From IMG/VR virus record IMGVR_UViG_3300039239_000037, positions 6,152-70,151 of that record: a stretch of 64,000 nucleotides of DNA; one strand, written 5' to 3'. The DNA is from a virus. Shown here one piece after another: positions 1 to 9,989 of the stretch. The stretch's first letter is position 1, and each line of letters begins with the position of its first letter. The notes beneath the pieces were generated by a model. That model did no database searches, was not told where the DNA came from, and saw nothing but the letters and a program-made list of their open reading frames with translations. Both the position numbers and the translations under genes were made by a program.

Positions 1-1
1 G

Positions 2-661
2 GAGGCCCAGGAAGGCTTCGATCTCGTTGTCGAAGCCGAAGAGCGCCCCAAGCTCCAGGCCTCCGTCACGATCTTCCTCGACGAGCCCACCGGCAAGAAG
101 CTCGGCGGCACCGAGCCGAGGTTCCGTGTCATCAGCGGCGTCCGGATGCCCGACGGAGAGCGCCGCTGGGGTGTGATCGGCGAGATCGCCGACCTGGCGG
201 AGAAGCGTCAGCGACTCATCAAGGCCGGTGCCTCCGAGGAGGACGCCGAGGTGCTCGACATCGACGAGCGCGTGAACGAGCTTCTGGAGCGAGCTTCGGA
301 TCTCCAGCGCAAGCTCGCCAAGTCCGCGCGCACGATCCACCTCCAGGGCCTCCCCCGCGTCATCCTCGATGATGCCCGGGGAAAGGCTCGCGAGCACCTG
401 GCCATCGCCGTCGGCGCAGAGGTCCCCGACGACAAGGCGGAGGCGCTCGAGAAGCGCTACGCCGCTGAAATCCTGTCGCGCGCCGTGACGGGGATCGAGG
501 CTCCCAACGGCGCCAAGGGCCGCCTCCTCGACGTCGACCGCGCCGAGAAGCTGCAGGGTCAGCTCCCCGACTCCGAGTATGCGCGCATCGCGTCGAAGAT
601 CAGCGAGCTCCAGTACCAGACCTCGATCGCCGAAGGGGCTGTCGACAACGCGGATTTCTGA
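2..661 (+). CDS. Tail assembly chaperone (gpG-like), 5'-truncated by the window edge
   Basis: Frame 2 is open from position 2 (EAQEGFDLVVEAEERPKLQ...) to TGA 659-661. It lies directly upstream of the tape measure gene and ends in a slippery-like G GAT TTC TGA. Confidence 0.75.
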   Translation, partial: EAQEGFDLVVEAEERPKLQASVTIFLDEPTGKKLGGTEPRFRVISGVRMPDGERRWGVIGEIADLAEKRQRLIKAGASEEDAEVLDIDERVNELLERASDLQRKLAKSARTIHLQGLPRVILDDARGKAREHLAIAVGAEVPDDKAEALEKRYAAEILSRAVTGIEAPNGAKGRLLDVDRAEKLQGQLPDSEYARIASKISELQYQTSIAEGAVDNADF

Positions 662-1089
662 GTGAGTACCTGGCTTCCGGGCCGGGGGCCAGGTATCTCC
701 ACCTCATCCGCGCGGCCATCACGGCCGGCATCCGGCCCTCCTCGCTGATCTTCCGCACCCAGCCGACCGAGCCGTGGACGGATCGCGACTTCCTCCTCCT
801 CGAGGCCTACCAGATCCTCGAGGATGAGCGCTGCTCCTGCGGCTACCCCGTCTACATCTGCCGCAGCGACGACCCCGACCTGCAGTTCCGCATCAACAAG
901 GTCACCTGTCAGGCCCAGAGCGCCATCGAGCGTGAGCGCGAGCGAATGGGCGACAAGAAGACCCCTGGCCTGGAGATCCGCGCCGAGGCATTCAGCGTGT
1001 CCGGCGCGCCGCTGAGCTCCTTCCGACGCCCGTACTACGAAGCCGAAGCCAAACGCCGCCAAGCGATGAACGATGATCGACACCCCTAG
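655..1089 (+). CDS. -1 frameshift extension of the tail assembly chaperone (gpGT-like)
   Basis: Start-less frame-1 ORF FLSEYLASGPGARYLHLIRAAITAGIRPSSLIFRTQPTEPWTDRDFLLLEAYQILEDERCSCGYPVYIC...DDRHP* ending TAG 1087-1089. Codon usage is phage-like and it is entered by a -1 shift at 652-658. Confidence 0.75.
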   Translation, partial: FLSEYLASGPGARYLHLIRAAITAGIRPSSLIFRTQPTEPWTDRDFLLLEAYQILEDERCSCGYPVYICRSDDPDLQFRINKVTCQAQSAIERERERMGDKKTPGLEIRAEAFSVSGAPLSSFRRPYYEAEAKRRQAMNDDRHP

Positions 1090-1103
1090 ACTCCGCGGCC
1101 ATG
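1087..1103 (+). promoter_or_regulatory. TAGACT-N8-ATG late promoter (putative leaderless)
   Basis: TAGACT 1087-1092, CCGCGGCC, ATG 1101. Same geometry as five other sites. Confidence 0.6.
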
Positions 1104-1145
1104 AGCGCGCCGATCACTCCTGAGTCCCTGCGGGGAATCTCGTGA
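1101..1145 (+). CDS. 14-aa upstream ORF (MSAPITPESLRGIS) whose stop overlaps the tape measure start
   Basis: ATG 1101 to TGA 1143-1145, with a GTGA overlap on GTG 1142. Confidence 0.4.
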   Translation: MSAPITPESLRGIS

Positions 1146-4100
1146 TCGAGGGCCTCAACCAGGAAGCACAGCTCAAGCTCAAGGTCGTCCTCGACGGCAT
1201 CCGTGAAGCGCGCCGAGACCTCGACGACCTCGGCGAACAGGTCGACAAGGACCTCCGGAAAGACTTCGAGCGCGCCACCAAGAAGATCGTCGAGATGGAG
1301 GAGGCCCTCGACGGCCTCGGCTCCAGCGGCAAGAAGGCCGGCGCGGACGCCGCGGCCGGTGCGAAGACCGCCGACGACGCCTGGAAGAAGGCGCTCAAGA
1401 CCGCCCGCGACGCTCAGGACGCGTTCGCGAAGAACGCGCAGGGTAAGGTCACCGGCTCTTTCGAGAAGGGCTCCCGGCCGCTCAGCGACTTCGGCGACGC
1501 CGAGAAGCAGCGACTCCTCGACATCGACGACGCCTCGCGCGCGAACATCATCGGGGCGATCCGTAAGGAGCGCGCTGAGCGCGACAAGCTCGCGACCGAG
1601 ACGGTCACCGCCGAGGCGCGCATGGAAGCGGCCATCAACCGCACCGCCGAAGCGGAACGCGCCCGCGCGCGCGCCCGTCGCCGCGCCGACGAGAAGACCG
1701 CGTCGCAGTCCTGGGACCAGAATTTCAAGACCCTCAGCGACGACACCGCCAAGACCGAGGCCGAGAACGCGCGCGCGATCAAGGACGCTGCGGCTGCAGA
1801 AGCGAAGGCCGAGGCGGCCACCGCCAAGCGGGCCGCCGCCGAGCGTCTGCTGAATCGTCAGCGCATCGCCGCCGAGAATAGGGCGGCCGCCAAAGCGTTC
1901 GACGACGAGTTCAAGGCGCTGTCGAACGCGACGGCCGCCGGCTCGAAGCACACCGAGAACCTCATCAGCCAGCGCTACGCGCTCTACGACGTCTCCACCA
2001 CGGCCACCGTCGCCGGCGTCGGACTGCTCGGACTGGTCACCGCCTACGAGGCTGTCGCGATCGCGCGCCAGCGCGCCTTCGCGGACGTGCGCCGCACGAC
2101 CGGCTTCGACGTGGACACCGGGCAGATCGGCCAGCTCACGGAGCTCCGCGATCAGCTCGTTGGACTGACCTCCAGCATCCCCGAGAACTTCGGCAAGATC
2201 GCCGAGACCGCTGCGGTCGGTGGACAGCTCGGCGTCGCCGCGGATGACGTCGCGAAGTACACCGAGTCCGTCACGAAGTTCTCCACCATCTCGGGTATCG
2301 CCGCCGAACAGTCGGGCCTCCGCCTGGGCCGCCTGGTCAACATCCTCGGCCTGAACGCCGACGGCTACGAGCTGCTCGCCCGCTCCATCTCGTTCGCGGG
2401 CACGGAGTCCGCGGCCACTGAGGACCAGATCCTCTCGGTCGCCGCTGAAATTGCACCCTACGCGCGCCAGGTCGGCTTCGCGGCGACGGAGACCGTTGGC
2501 CTCGCGACCGCGCTCGCCTCCCTCCAGGTCCCGCCGGAGCGCGCCCGCTCGGCGATCCAGGACATGTTCCGCTCCATCGACGGCGCGGTGACCTCGGGTG
2601 GCGAGAAGCTGCGCAACTACGCCGCGATCTCGGGCATGACCGTCGACCAGTTCGTCGCGGAATGGAAGTCCCGCCCCTCGGAGGCCCTCCGCGCTTTCAC
2701 CGAGGGCTTTGCGGGCGTCGACAACGCGACCCTGTCGCTGCGCCAGCTCGGCCTCGACGGTCAGCGTGTCGCGCCCGTGCTTCTGTCGCTGGCCAACAAC
2801 TCCGACCTCGTGTCGAAGTCGTTCCAGGATGCCGCGGACGGCGTCAACAACGGCTTCCTCGACGAGGCGTTCGCAGTCACCGTCGGCACGGTCGCTGCTC
2901 AGATCCAGATCCTCGTCAACGAGCTGGCCAACTTCGCTGATGCCGCGGGCGGACCCACCCTGCAGGCACTTCTGGGTTTGGTGCATCAGGCGCAGGGCGT
3001 TCTGAGAGTTCTCACTGAGATCGCCAAGACCCCCGCTGGACAGGTCTTTGCTGCAATCGCCACCGTCGTGCTGACTGTCATTGCCGTTCTGGCCCTCCTA
3101 GCGGGTGGTGCCGCCGCCGGGGCGGCGTCGCTATTTGCCCTTCGCACCGCTGTCGCCGGCCTGGATGGTCAGCTCCATCCGGCTATCGCCAAGATCTTGA
3201 ACTACGGCCTGTCCCTGTTCAACCTGCAGGTCCAGGCGCGTGAAACCGCTCCCGCATTGGCCGCCGTGGGCACCGGGGCTGCAGCGGCGGGTGCCGGTCT
3301 CGAGAAGACTGGCATCGGCGCACGCGCTGCACGCGTGGGCATCGTCGGGCTTCTCGGGGCAACCGGCATTGGACTCTTGCTCAGTCTGTTCGGCACTATG
3401 GCGGCAGAGGCTTTGAACGCCGCCACCTCGCAGCAGCAGCTCTCTGACGAGATGGCCAAGACCAACGACGCCACGAGCGAGCAGGCCGGCCTCATGCTCG
3501 AGGACGCCGATGCGATCCGCGCCGCCGTCGACGCCGCCAACGAGTTCGCACTCTCGCAGGCCGACCTGGAGGGTTCGCTCTTCGCGCTCGGCCAGTCGAT
3601 GCAGAAGAACGGCCGCAACTTCACCGCCTACAGCACCGGCGGCCGCACGAACATGAAGGCGCTGCAGGACGCCATCCGGTCCGCGACGGCAACCGCGGGT
3701 GGCGACGCGCAGCTCCTTGCCAACCTCCTTCTCGGGATCCAGCAGCAGCTCGTGGCCACCGGGGCGAGCTCCGGCGCCATAGAGATGGTTCAGCGTGCAA
3801 TCGAGGCGACCGGCAAGGCCGCCACCGACGCCACCATCACCTCCAACTCCCTCGCGGTGGGACTGGAGAGCGTCGACGCCTCCTCCCGCAAGGCGAGCAA
3901 GGGTGTCAACGAGCTCGGCGAGAAGGTCCGCACCGTCTCGGACTACGCCCGTGACCTCGGCTCCGTCCTCTCCGACTCCGTCACCTTCCGATTCGGCAGC
4001 AGCATCGCCTACGACAAGGTGCTCTCGCAGTACAGTCGCATGCGAAAAGAGGCGGCGGACGCCACCAAGTCCGTCGACGACCTGCGCCGCAAGATCCGAG

Positions 4101-5233
4101 ACACCGAAGCGGAGCTGACCGGCCTCGGCGCCGACCGCACCGGCCTGGAATACTCCCTCTCGATCGCGTCCCAGTACGGCGACACGATCCGGGCATCTCA
4201 GCTCGCCAGCCAGATCGCGAAAATCGACTCCGACGCCGCGGCAAAGCGGTCCGAGCTGGGCACCCTGAACGGGCAGCTCATCACGGCGCAGGACGCTCTC
4301 AACTACTCCCTCGCAGGGAACTCGGAAGCCGCCGTCAACGCGCGGTCGAACGTCATGGCGTTGGTGACCGCCTATCAGGAGTACCTGACCGCGCTCGCAA
4401 ACAGCGGCATGGGCCAAGAGGAACTGCAGGCCAAGGCGGCGCAGCTCCGCGCAGAGTTCGAGTCGCAGCTCGCACAGATGGGCTACTCCTCGGCCGAAGT
4501 GAGCAACGTCTTCTCCCCCGCGTTCCAGGGGTTCAGCGACATCATTGAGCGCTTCCCCCGCAACGTCACCCTCGACGCGAACGTCGACCCCGCCCAGCGC
4601 GCCCTCGATGAGTGGCTGGCGAAGAACGCTGAGCACAAAATCGACGTCGACATCGAAGCGGATGCCAACGAGGCGCAGGCGCAGGGAACCCAGGCGGGCG
4701 AGGCGCTCGGGCGCGGCGTCCAGGAGGGCATCAAGAAGAGTGGCCGCGATCGAGCCGGCGGCGGAACCTTCACTACCCCGAAGGATGACCCGTGGGGCTA
4801 CATGGCACGCACGTTCTGGAGCAACCTCTGGAACTGGGACCAGGACCTCAAGAACCCCTTTGCCGGCTTCGCCGACGGCGGCTACACCGGCGACGGTGCG
4901 AAATACGACGTCGCCGGACCTGTCCACAAGGGCGAGTTCGTCTTCTCCCAGGAGGCGACCCGCTACTACGGCGTCGACAACCTCGCACGGTGGCACGCCG
5001 CCGGACGCTCCGGCGGCGGCTACGCGAACGGCGGCAGCACGGGCAGCAGCGCGGGCAACTTCTTCGGCGCCGGCCCCGGGGGCCTCGGAACCATGCCGGT
5101 CTCCCTCACCCAAGACACTGTCGAGCGCATCGCAGACGCCGTCGCGCAGCGCCCGGCGGTCCTCTGGGGTGACGGCCGCGAGCTGGCGAAGACGGCATCC
5201 GCTGGCAACGCCAGCATCTCGAGAGGAATCTGA
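1142..5233 (+). CDS. Tape measure protein
   Basis: 1363 aa, Ala-rich helical, with a TP901-type core, a hydrophobic mid-segment and a C-terminal FADGGYTG...GPVHKGEFV motif. Follows the chaperone pair. Confidence 0.95.
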   Translation: MIEGLNQEAQLKLKVVLDGIREARRDLDDLGEQVDKDLRKDFERATKKIVEMEEALDGLGSSGKKAGADAAAGAKTADDAWKKALKTARDAQDAFAKNAQGKVTGSFEKGSRPLSDFGDAEKQRLLDIDDASRANIIGAIRKERAERDKLATETVTAEARMEAAINRTAEAERARARARRRADEKTASQSWDQNFKTLSDDTAKTEAENARAIKDAAAAEAKAEAATAKRAAAERLLNRQRIAAENRAAAKAFDDEFKALSNATAAGSKHTENLISQRYALYDVSTTATVAGVGLLGLVTAYEAVAIARQRAFADVRRTTGFDVDTGQIGQLTELRDQLVGLTSSIPENFGKIAETAAVGGQLGVAADDVAKYTESVTKFSTISGIAAEQSGLRLGRLVNILGLNADGYELLARSISFAGTESAATEDQILSVAAEIAPYARQVGFAATETVGLATALASLQVPPERARSAIQDMFRSIDGAVTSGGEKLRNYAAISGMTVDQFVAEWKSRPSEALRAFTEGFAGVDNATLSLRQLGLDGQRVAPVLLSLANNSDLVSKSFQDAADGVNNGFLDEAFAVTVGTVAAQIQILVNELANFADAAGGPTLQALLGLVHQAQGVLRVLTEIAKTPAGQVFAAIATVVLTVIAVLALLAGGAAAGAASLFALRTAVAGLDGQLHPAIAKILNYGLSLFNLQVQARETAPALAAVGTGAAAAGAGLEKTGIGARAARVGIVGLLGATGIGLLLSLFGTMAAEALNAATSQQQLSDEMAKTNDATSEQAGLMLEDADAIRAAVDAANEFALSQADLEGSLFALGQSMQKNGRNFTAYSTGGRTNMKALQDAIRSATATAGGDAQLLANLLLGIQQQLVATGASSGAIEMVQRAIEATGKAATDATITSNSLAVGLESVDASSRKASKGVNELGEKVRTVSDYARDLGSVLSDSVTFRFGSSIAYDKVLSQYSRMRKEAADATKSVDDLRRKIRDTEAELTGLGADRTGLEYSLSIASQYGDTIRASQLASQIAKIDSDAAAKRSELGTLNGQLITAQDALNYSLAGNSEAAVNARSNVMALVTAYQEYLTALANSGMGQEELQAKAAQLRAEFESQLAQMGYSSAEVSNVFSPAFQGFSDIIERFPRNVTLDANVDPAQRALDEWLAKNAEHKIDVDIEADANEAQAQGTQAGEALGRGVQEGIKKSGRDRAGGGTFTTPKDDPWGYMARTFWSNLWNWDQDLKNPFAGFADGGYTGDGAKYDVAGPVHKGEFVFSQEATRYYGVDNLARWHAAGRSGGGYANGGSTGSSAGNFFGAGPGGLGTMPVSLTQDTVERIADAVAQRPAVLWGDGRELAKTASAGNASISRGI

Positions 5234-6132
5234 TGGGCAGCACCATCTACTTCGGCAACCGCCAAAAGCAGGTCTTCATCCCCGCGCCCGACGTAGGCAT
5301 GTCCTGGTCCAACGTCAAGCGGTCCAACCTCATCGCCCTCGAGGGCGGCGGGGTCTACGTCGACGACTCCAAGGCGTCCCACCGCGAAGGCGTTGCCGAG
5401 TGGTCCACCCAGAACCCCGCGAGCTTCCGGGTCGTCAAGGAGTTCCTCGACGGAGTCTGGGGACCCGGGCCGTTCTACTGGGTCGACCCCTTCGCGGCGG
5501 ACACCAACCTCCTCTCCCCCGCGTGGGCGACGCCCGGGATCATCGCCGACGGCGACTGGCCCGACATCTACACCACCCCCCGAATCAGCACGCCCACCGC
5601 CACCCCTGGCCTACTCGGACTCCCCACGCGTACGGTGACCTACGCCCCGACGAACCTGAGCACGGAGGCAACGCCGACGCGCCGATTCACCATCCTCATC
5701 CCGCCCGGCTACCAGCTCGCCTTCGGATGCCATGGCTGGCGGACGGGCTCGGGCGTCGTCGCCCTTCGGGCCACCATGGCCGACGGCACCCAAGCGACGA
5801 CCACGTTCGCCCCCGTCGAGACTTTCGGCACGCTCTCCCTCCAGGCCACGAACCTCTTCGCCTACTCCGCCGGACACCGCCTGGTCGACATCTTCCTCGC
5901 CCGCACAGACGCCACCAACTCCACGATCTCCCTCGCCGCCATGCGAGCAATCATCGTCCCCGAGGGTGCGACGATCGTCGCGGAAAATCAGCCCTTCGTG
6001 TCGGGGGAAGGAGCGGGGGGTCTGCGCTTCGCAGGCGGAATCAACGAAACGCTCAACTACGCACCCCGTGATCCGTCCCTGCGATCCAAGGGCTTCTCGG
6101 TGAAGCTCGTTGAGATCGGGGACTGGGGATGA
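5233..6132 (+). CDS. Minor tail protein (distal-tail-like)
   Basis: 299 aa, beta-rich, immediately after the tape measure gene with an overlapping stop/start. Confidence 0.75.
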   Translation: MGSTIYFGNRQKQVFIPAPDVGMSWSNVKRSNLIALEGGGVYVDDSKASHREGVAEWSTQNPASFRVVKEFLDGVWGPGPFYWVDPFAADTNLLSPAWATPGIIADGDWPDIYTTPRISTPTATPGLLGLPTRTVTYAPTNLSTEATPTRRFTILIPPGYQLAFGCHGWRTGSGVVALRATMADGTQATTTFAPVETFGTLSLQATNLFAYSAGHRLVDIFLARTDATNSTISLAAMRAIIVPEGATIVAENQPFVSGEGAGGLRFAGGINETLNYAPRDPSLRSKGFSVKLVEIGDWG

Positions 6133-8384
6133 AGGCCACCAACGCGGGTAGCGGCAGCTTCGGCGTCATCGAGGACTGGTCGGTTACGGAGACGGTCACT
6201 CCGATCGTTGTCAGCGACACCACCACCTCCATCGGTGACGCAACCCTGAGCGTCACCCGTAACGCGGACACCGACCTCATGGACGGCAACCGCCTCGGCC
6301 TGGAGCATCCCGTCCCGGGGTTCGACATCGCGCTTCCGGTCACCGTGAACCGCGTCGGGATGACTAGCCCCGCCCAGGCCAGTCTCAACGCGGACTCCGC
6401 CTTCGGGGCCTTCATCTCGAGCCGGATGCAGATTCCCGGCATCGAAACCGGCCTGCCCCTCAGCGCTCTCGACGTCGCATGTCAGGCCGCGGGCATCACT
6501 CGGCAGACCGGCCCCAACGTGACCGACGATTACTGGTCCCTGCAGGGTCACACGGTCGGCGTCTCCAGCTCGGGTGACATCCTCCAGCCCGAAACTGTGG
6601 ACCGCACCCTGATCTCCGCGAACGGGTCGCCCGACTACGCCAGCGGGGGCGGCGAGACGGTCCTTTACCAGGAGATCAGCCGCCACGTCGCGGCCGACAA
6701 CTGGACGCCCGCAGGACTTCCGCGCCGCGTGATCGGCGGAACGATCCAACATCGGCGCGAGCGGACCTACATCAAGTTCACGATCGCCCCGTTCTCGGCG
6801 ATCGCCTCGGCGAGCTTCTCAGTGGCCTTCGGGCCCAGCTTCCGCAAGATCGGGGACACCTACAACGTCGCCAACCCCACCACCGTCACGGTCACCGCCT
6901 CCCTCACCACCAACACCGGCGCCCTGACGGCCTCGATCATCCACCAGGATTCCGCGGCAGCCACCCAGACCGCCACGGCCACCACCGGCCAGATCGCACC
7001 CCTGGCGCGCACTCGACCGGTCACGGTCTGCATCGAGATCACCGCCGTCGACGGCGCGCTCCGCGTCCGGGTGGCGGGCATCTCGAGCGCCGGCTCCTCT
7101 GCCACCATCACCGCAACCTCGGCACCCCTGGCTGGCGAGCTCGCCACGCTCTACTCGAAGCAGTGGGTCATTCAGCAGGCCAACGCGGGGCAAGGTATCC
7201 GCGATCTCGTGGTTGCACGATCGACGTCCGACCGGTGGGCATCCTGGATCAGCGCCGACTACGCCCTCGGGCCCGCAGTGACCGTCGATGCTGGAGCCAC
7301 CTTCCCCGCCGGGTCGCCGATCGCCCCATTCGACGGCGAACTGTGGGACTACGTCAAGCAGGTCTGCTCCGCACGCGGGGTCGAGCTCGCATCCACTCCT
7401 GCCGGGATCATCGCGCGCCGCCCCGGTACACGCACGATCGACCTCGCGCACCGCGCAAGCGCCAGCCGCGCCATCTCCGGCGCTTCGGCCGCGCGTGCAG
7501 TGGTCGTTACCAATCACCGCACGAAGGCCCTCGACATCGTCGGCGCCGAGGCCTGGCGGGCGACGTCGATCTACTCTGTCGATGTCGGCCAGACGACCAT
7601 CGTCAACCTGCCGGTGCCGAAGGGCGTCCGCTTCCTCGCATCCCCGCGACCCTGGTACAACACCAAGGTCGCCCGCGGTGTCATCATCCAGCAGCCGCAA
7701 TACCTCGACGGGTACGCCGAACTCGAGGCTGGCACCGCGGGGCGGTACTACATCACGGCGCAGGACGGCTACCTGGTCAGCCCCGTCCAGTGGACCAACT
7801 ACGGCGGCCGCCTCACCGTCTCCGTCGTCGATGGCGTCGCCACGATGAAGCTCACGGGACCCAGCCGAGCAATTCCGGGCGTGGCGGGCCCATTCCGCAT
7901 TGGCGAGTCGAGCAACAGCAGCGATTACGCGGTGCTCCGCCTGTTCGGAACGGGCGTGTCGACCAAGCCGACCGACGTCACGCTCCCCTCCGGCGCGAGT
8001 CCGCGCGAAACCCGGGTCGAGACCGGCAGCACCGTCACCAATATCGCGATCGGCAACATCGGCGAGGTCTACAACGCCGCCGCCTGGGTCGCCCAGCGCA
8101 CCTCCGGCCCCTCCGTCACACTCACCGCTCGGATGCCCATGGGCGCCCTCGGCGGGTGGGCCGTGGCGCCCGGCTCCCTCATCACCTGGGAGGGCAACGT
8201 CTTCCGCGTCGACAGCGTCTCGTACGCGAGCGGTCTGGGCACGCTGACCTGCTCTAAACTCACCCGCCTCAGCGACATGCCTGGGACGAACCGCACGCTC
8301 GCGCAGTACGCCTCGGACTACTCGGGGCTGACCTGCCACGACTACGCGATCCGCCCGCTCGCCCTTACTGCCCCCGCTGTCTGA
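6129..8384 (+). CDS. Minor tail protein (baseplate hub/Tal-like)
   Basis: 751 aa, Thr/Ser/Gly-rich, ATGA overlap, expected position in the tail module. Confidence 0.75.
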   Translation: MKATNAGSGSFGVIEDWSVTETVTPIVVSDTTTSIGDATLSVTRNADTDLMDGNRLGLEHPVPGFDIALPVTVNRVGMTSPAQASLNADSAFGAFISSRMQIPGIETGLPLSALDVACQAAGITRQTGPNVTDDYWSLQGHTVGVSSSGDILQPETVDRTLISANGSPDYASGGGETVLYQEISRHVAADNWTPAGLPRRVIGGTIQHRRERTYIKFTIAPFSAIASASFSVAFGPSFRKIGDTYNVANPTTVTVTASLTTNTGALTASIIHQDSAAATQTATATTGQIAPLARTRPVTVCIEITAVDGALRVRVAGISSAGSSATITATSAPLAGELATLYSKQWVIQQANAGQGIRDLVVARSTSDRWASWISADYALGPAVTVDAGATFPAGSPIAPFDGELWDYVKQVCSARGVELASTPAGIIARRPGTRTIDLAHRASASRAISGASAARAVVVTNHRTKALDIVGAEAWRATSIYSVDVGQTTIVNLPVPKGVRFLASPRPWYNTKVARGVIIQQPQYLDGYAELEAGTAGRYYITAQDGYLVSPVQWTNYGGRLTVSVVDGVATMKLTGPSRAIPGVAGPFRIGESSNSSDYAVLRLFGTGVSTKPTDVTLPSGASPRETRVETGSTVTNIAIGNIGEVYNAAAWVAQRTSGPSVTLTARMPMGALGGWAVAPGSLITWEGNVFRVDSVSYASGLGTLTCSKLTRLSDMPGTNRTLAQYASDYSGLTCHDYAIRPLALTAPAV

Positions 8385-8397
8385 CCCAGGAGGAACC

Positions 8398-8532
8398 GTG
8401 GCACTCAAAGGAGCCAACGCCAATCTCGGACCCGAATCGAAGGAGTGGGAGCGCAAGCTCGAGGAAGTCATCGTGGACTACGAGCGCCGCATCATCGCGC
8501 TCGAGCTCCAGCTCCAGGCGGTGACTCGATGA
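8398..8532 (+). CDS. Small coiled-coil tail-region protein (44 aa, not in ORF track)
   Basis: RBS AGGAGG then GTG 8398; MALKGANANLGPESKEWERKLEEVIVDYERRIIALELQLQAVTR*. Stop overlaps ATG 8529. Confidence 0.65.
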   Translation: MALKGANANLGPESKEWERKLEEVIVDYERRIIALELQLQAVTR

Positions 8533-9212
8533 TCACACTCCCCAACGGCGTCAAGGTCCCGGACGCGCAGGATCTCGTCGACCCGGCCAAGCTCATGCAG
8601 GACGTGGCCAAGTCCTTCTCTGACGCGATCGGCGGTCTCGGAGTCGGCAAGCGGCAGCCGAAGAGCTACACCGTCGCCAATCAGACGGAGAAGACGGATC
8701 TCGCCACCACCACCCCGCCCATCAACGGCGACGAGGTCTTCGTGGAGGACACCGCGTGGTGGGAGATGTATGACGGCGCGGCCTGGAAGGTCGTCCGCAC
8801 GACGAGGCCGATCGCCTGGCCCCTCGCCCACACTGGCATCAACAACGGCAACGGCGCCTCGAACTTCTTCTACAGCGTATCGGGCGACATGATCACCCTC
8901 ACCGGCAGCTTCACCCTCGGTAGCTCGACGACGATGCCCGCCGGCGGCTCGAGCGCCCGTCTAGTGCTCCCGTTCCCTACGTGGATCAACGGCTCGGTGT
9001 CCATCATCGGAACCTGCTCCGCCTACGACGCCTCGACCGGTAACCACTATTCCGGGGCGGTGGTCGGCACGGGAACCAGCCCATTCACGCAAGCGGCGAC
9101 CATGTTCGACACCGCCACCACGGCCGCGCTGGCCTACCTCCAGTCCGACCAGCCGTTCGTCTGGGCCGCGCCCGACGTGCTCAGCCTCAATCTGCGGTGG
9201 CGGCGGGGCTAA
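8529..9212 (+). CDS. Minor tail / receptor-binding-like protein A
   Basis: Starts MITLPNGVKVPD; beta-rich C-terminal half; paralogous to the next gene. Confidence 0.65.
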   Translation: MITLPNGVKVPDAQDLVDPAKLMQDVAKSFSDAIGGLGVGKRQPKSYTVANQTEKTDLATTTPPINGDEVFVEDTAWWEMYDGAAWKVVRTTRPIAWPLAHTGINNGNGASNFFYSVSGDMITLTGSFTLGSSTTMPAGGSSARLVLPFPTWINGSVSIIGTCSAYDASTGNHYSGAVVGTGTSPFTQAATMFDTATTAALAYLQSDQPFVWAAPDVLSLNLRWRRG

Positions 9213-9925
9213 TGGGCAGCATCCTCCCCAACGCGGTCTGGCTTCCGGGGCCGGAAGACCCGATCGACTGGCACATCACCGCATCCATCATGGGTGCGGC
9301 CGCAGATGCCGCACTGTCCGGCCGAAGCGACGGCGCACGCACGCGCCGCAGGTTCGTGGCCACGGCCAGCGACGTCGACGCCGTGAAGGCCATCGAGGGC
9401 CTTGCCCCGGGCGATCAGATCTACCGAAGCGACACTCGCGTCATCGAGACTCTTGAATCGACGGGGTGGCGTGTCACGAGAACATTCGTCGCTCTGAGCT
9501 TCACTCCTGACTGGGCCACCGACAGCGGCCAGACCTTCCGACCGGGAAACGGGCAGCAGGCGTGGTGCTACTGGGTGGACGGCAAGGTCATCACCGTGTC
9601 GGGCGTTCTCGTGTTCGGCTCGACCACCGACTTCGGAAGCAACGGGTACGGCCCGTTTCTGCCCAATGTCCCGGGCTACCCCGCAGGCCGCCTCCTCACG
9701 ACGAGCTTATGGGGAGCCGGCGAGGCGATCGCCCAGATCAGCGGCGGCCTCTACCGCGGCACTGTCACAAGTGCGCCCCTGCCCTCCCCGTTGAGCACCC
9801 CTCGCCACCAGCTCATCTTCCGCAACACTCAGCGCCAGACCCGATGGATGGGGCCCACCTTCCCTGCCACGTGGGGGCAGAACTCCGTGCTCTCCGTTAC
9901 ATACCAGTACGAGACCACGGCCTAG
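9212..9925 (+). CDS. Minor tail / receptor-binding-like protein B
   Basis: TAATG overlap; starts MGSILPNAVWLPG; shares motifs with 8529..9212. Confidence 0.65.
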   Translation: MGSILPNAVWLPGPEDPIDWHITASIMGAAADAALSGRSDGARTRRRFVATASDVDAVKAIEGLAPGDQIYRSDTRVIETLESTGWRVTRTFVALSFTPDWATDSGQTFRPGNGQQAWCYWVDGKVITVSGVLVFGSTTDFGSNGYGPFLPNVPGYPAGRLLTTSLWGAGEAIAQISGGLYRGTVTSAPLPSPLSTPRHQLIFRNTQRQTRWMGPTFPATWGQNSVLSVTYQYETTA

Positions 9926-9953
9926 GGAAGCGCGGTTCGTTTCCAGCCACCCC

Positions 9954-9967
9954 TAGACTCCGCGCCG
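9954..9967 (+). promoter_or_regulatory. TAGACT-type promoter upstream of the lysis cassette
   Basis: TAGACTCCGCGCCG, followed by a leader with RBS AGGAGAGG. Confidence 0.55.
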
Positions 9968-9989
9968 CACGGACAGGAGAGGAAACAAG

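Noticed and set aside
992-5113. Long minus-strand ORFs (992..2986, 3131..5113) and similar long shadow ORFs elsewhere (e.g. 6819..8471, 20127..21908, 52222..53514, 59591..61297)
   Set aside because: They are antisense to well-supported genes. Long stop-free shadow frames are expected at this GC content, and the translations show no motifs.
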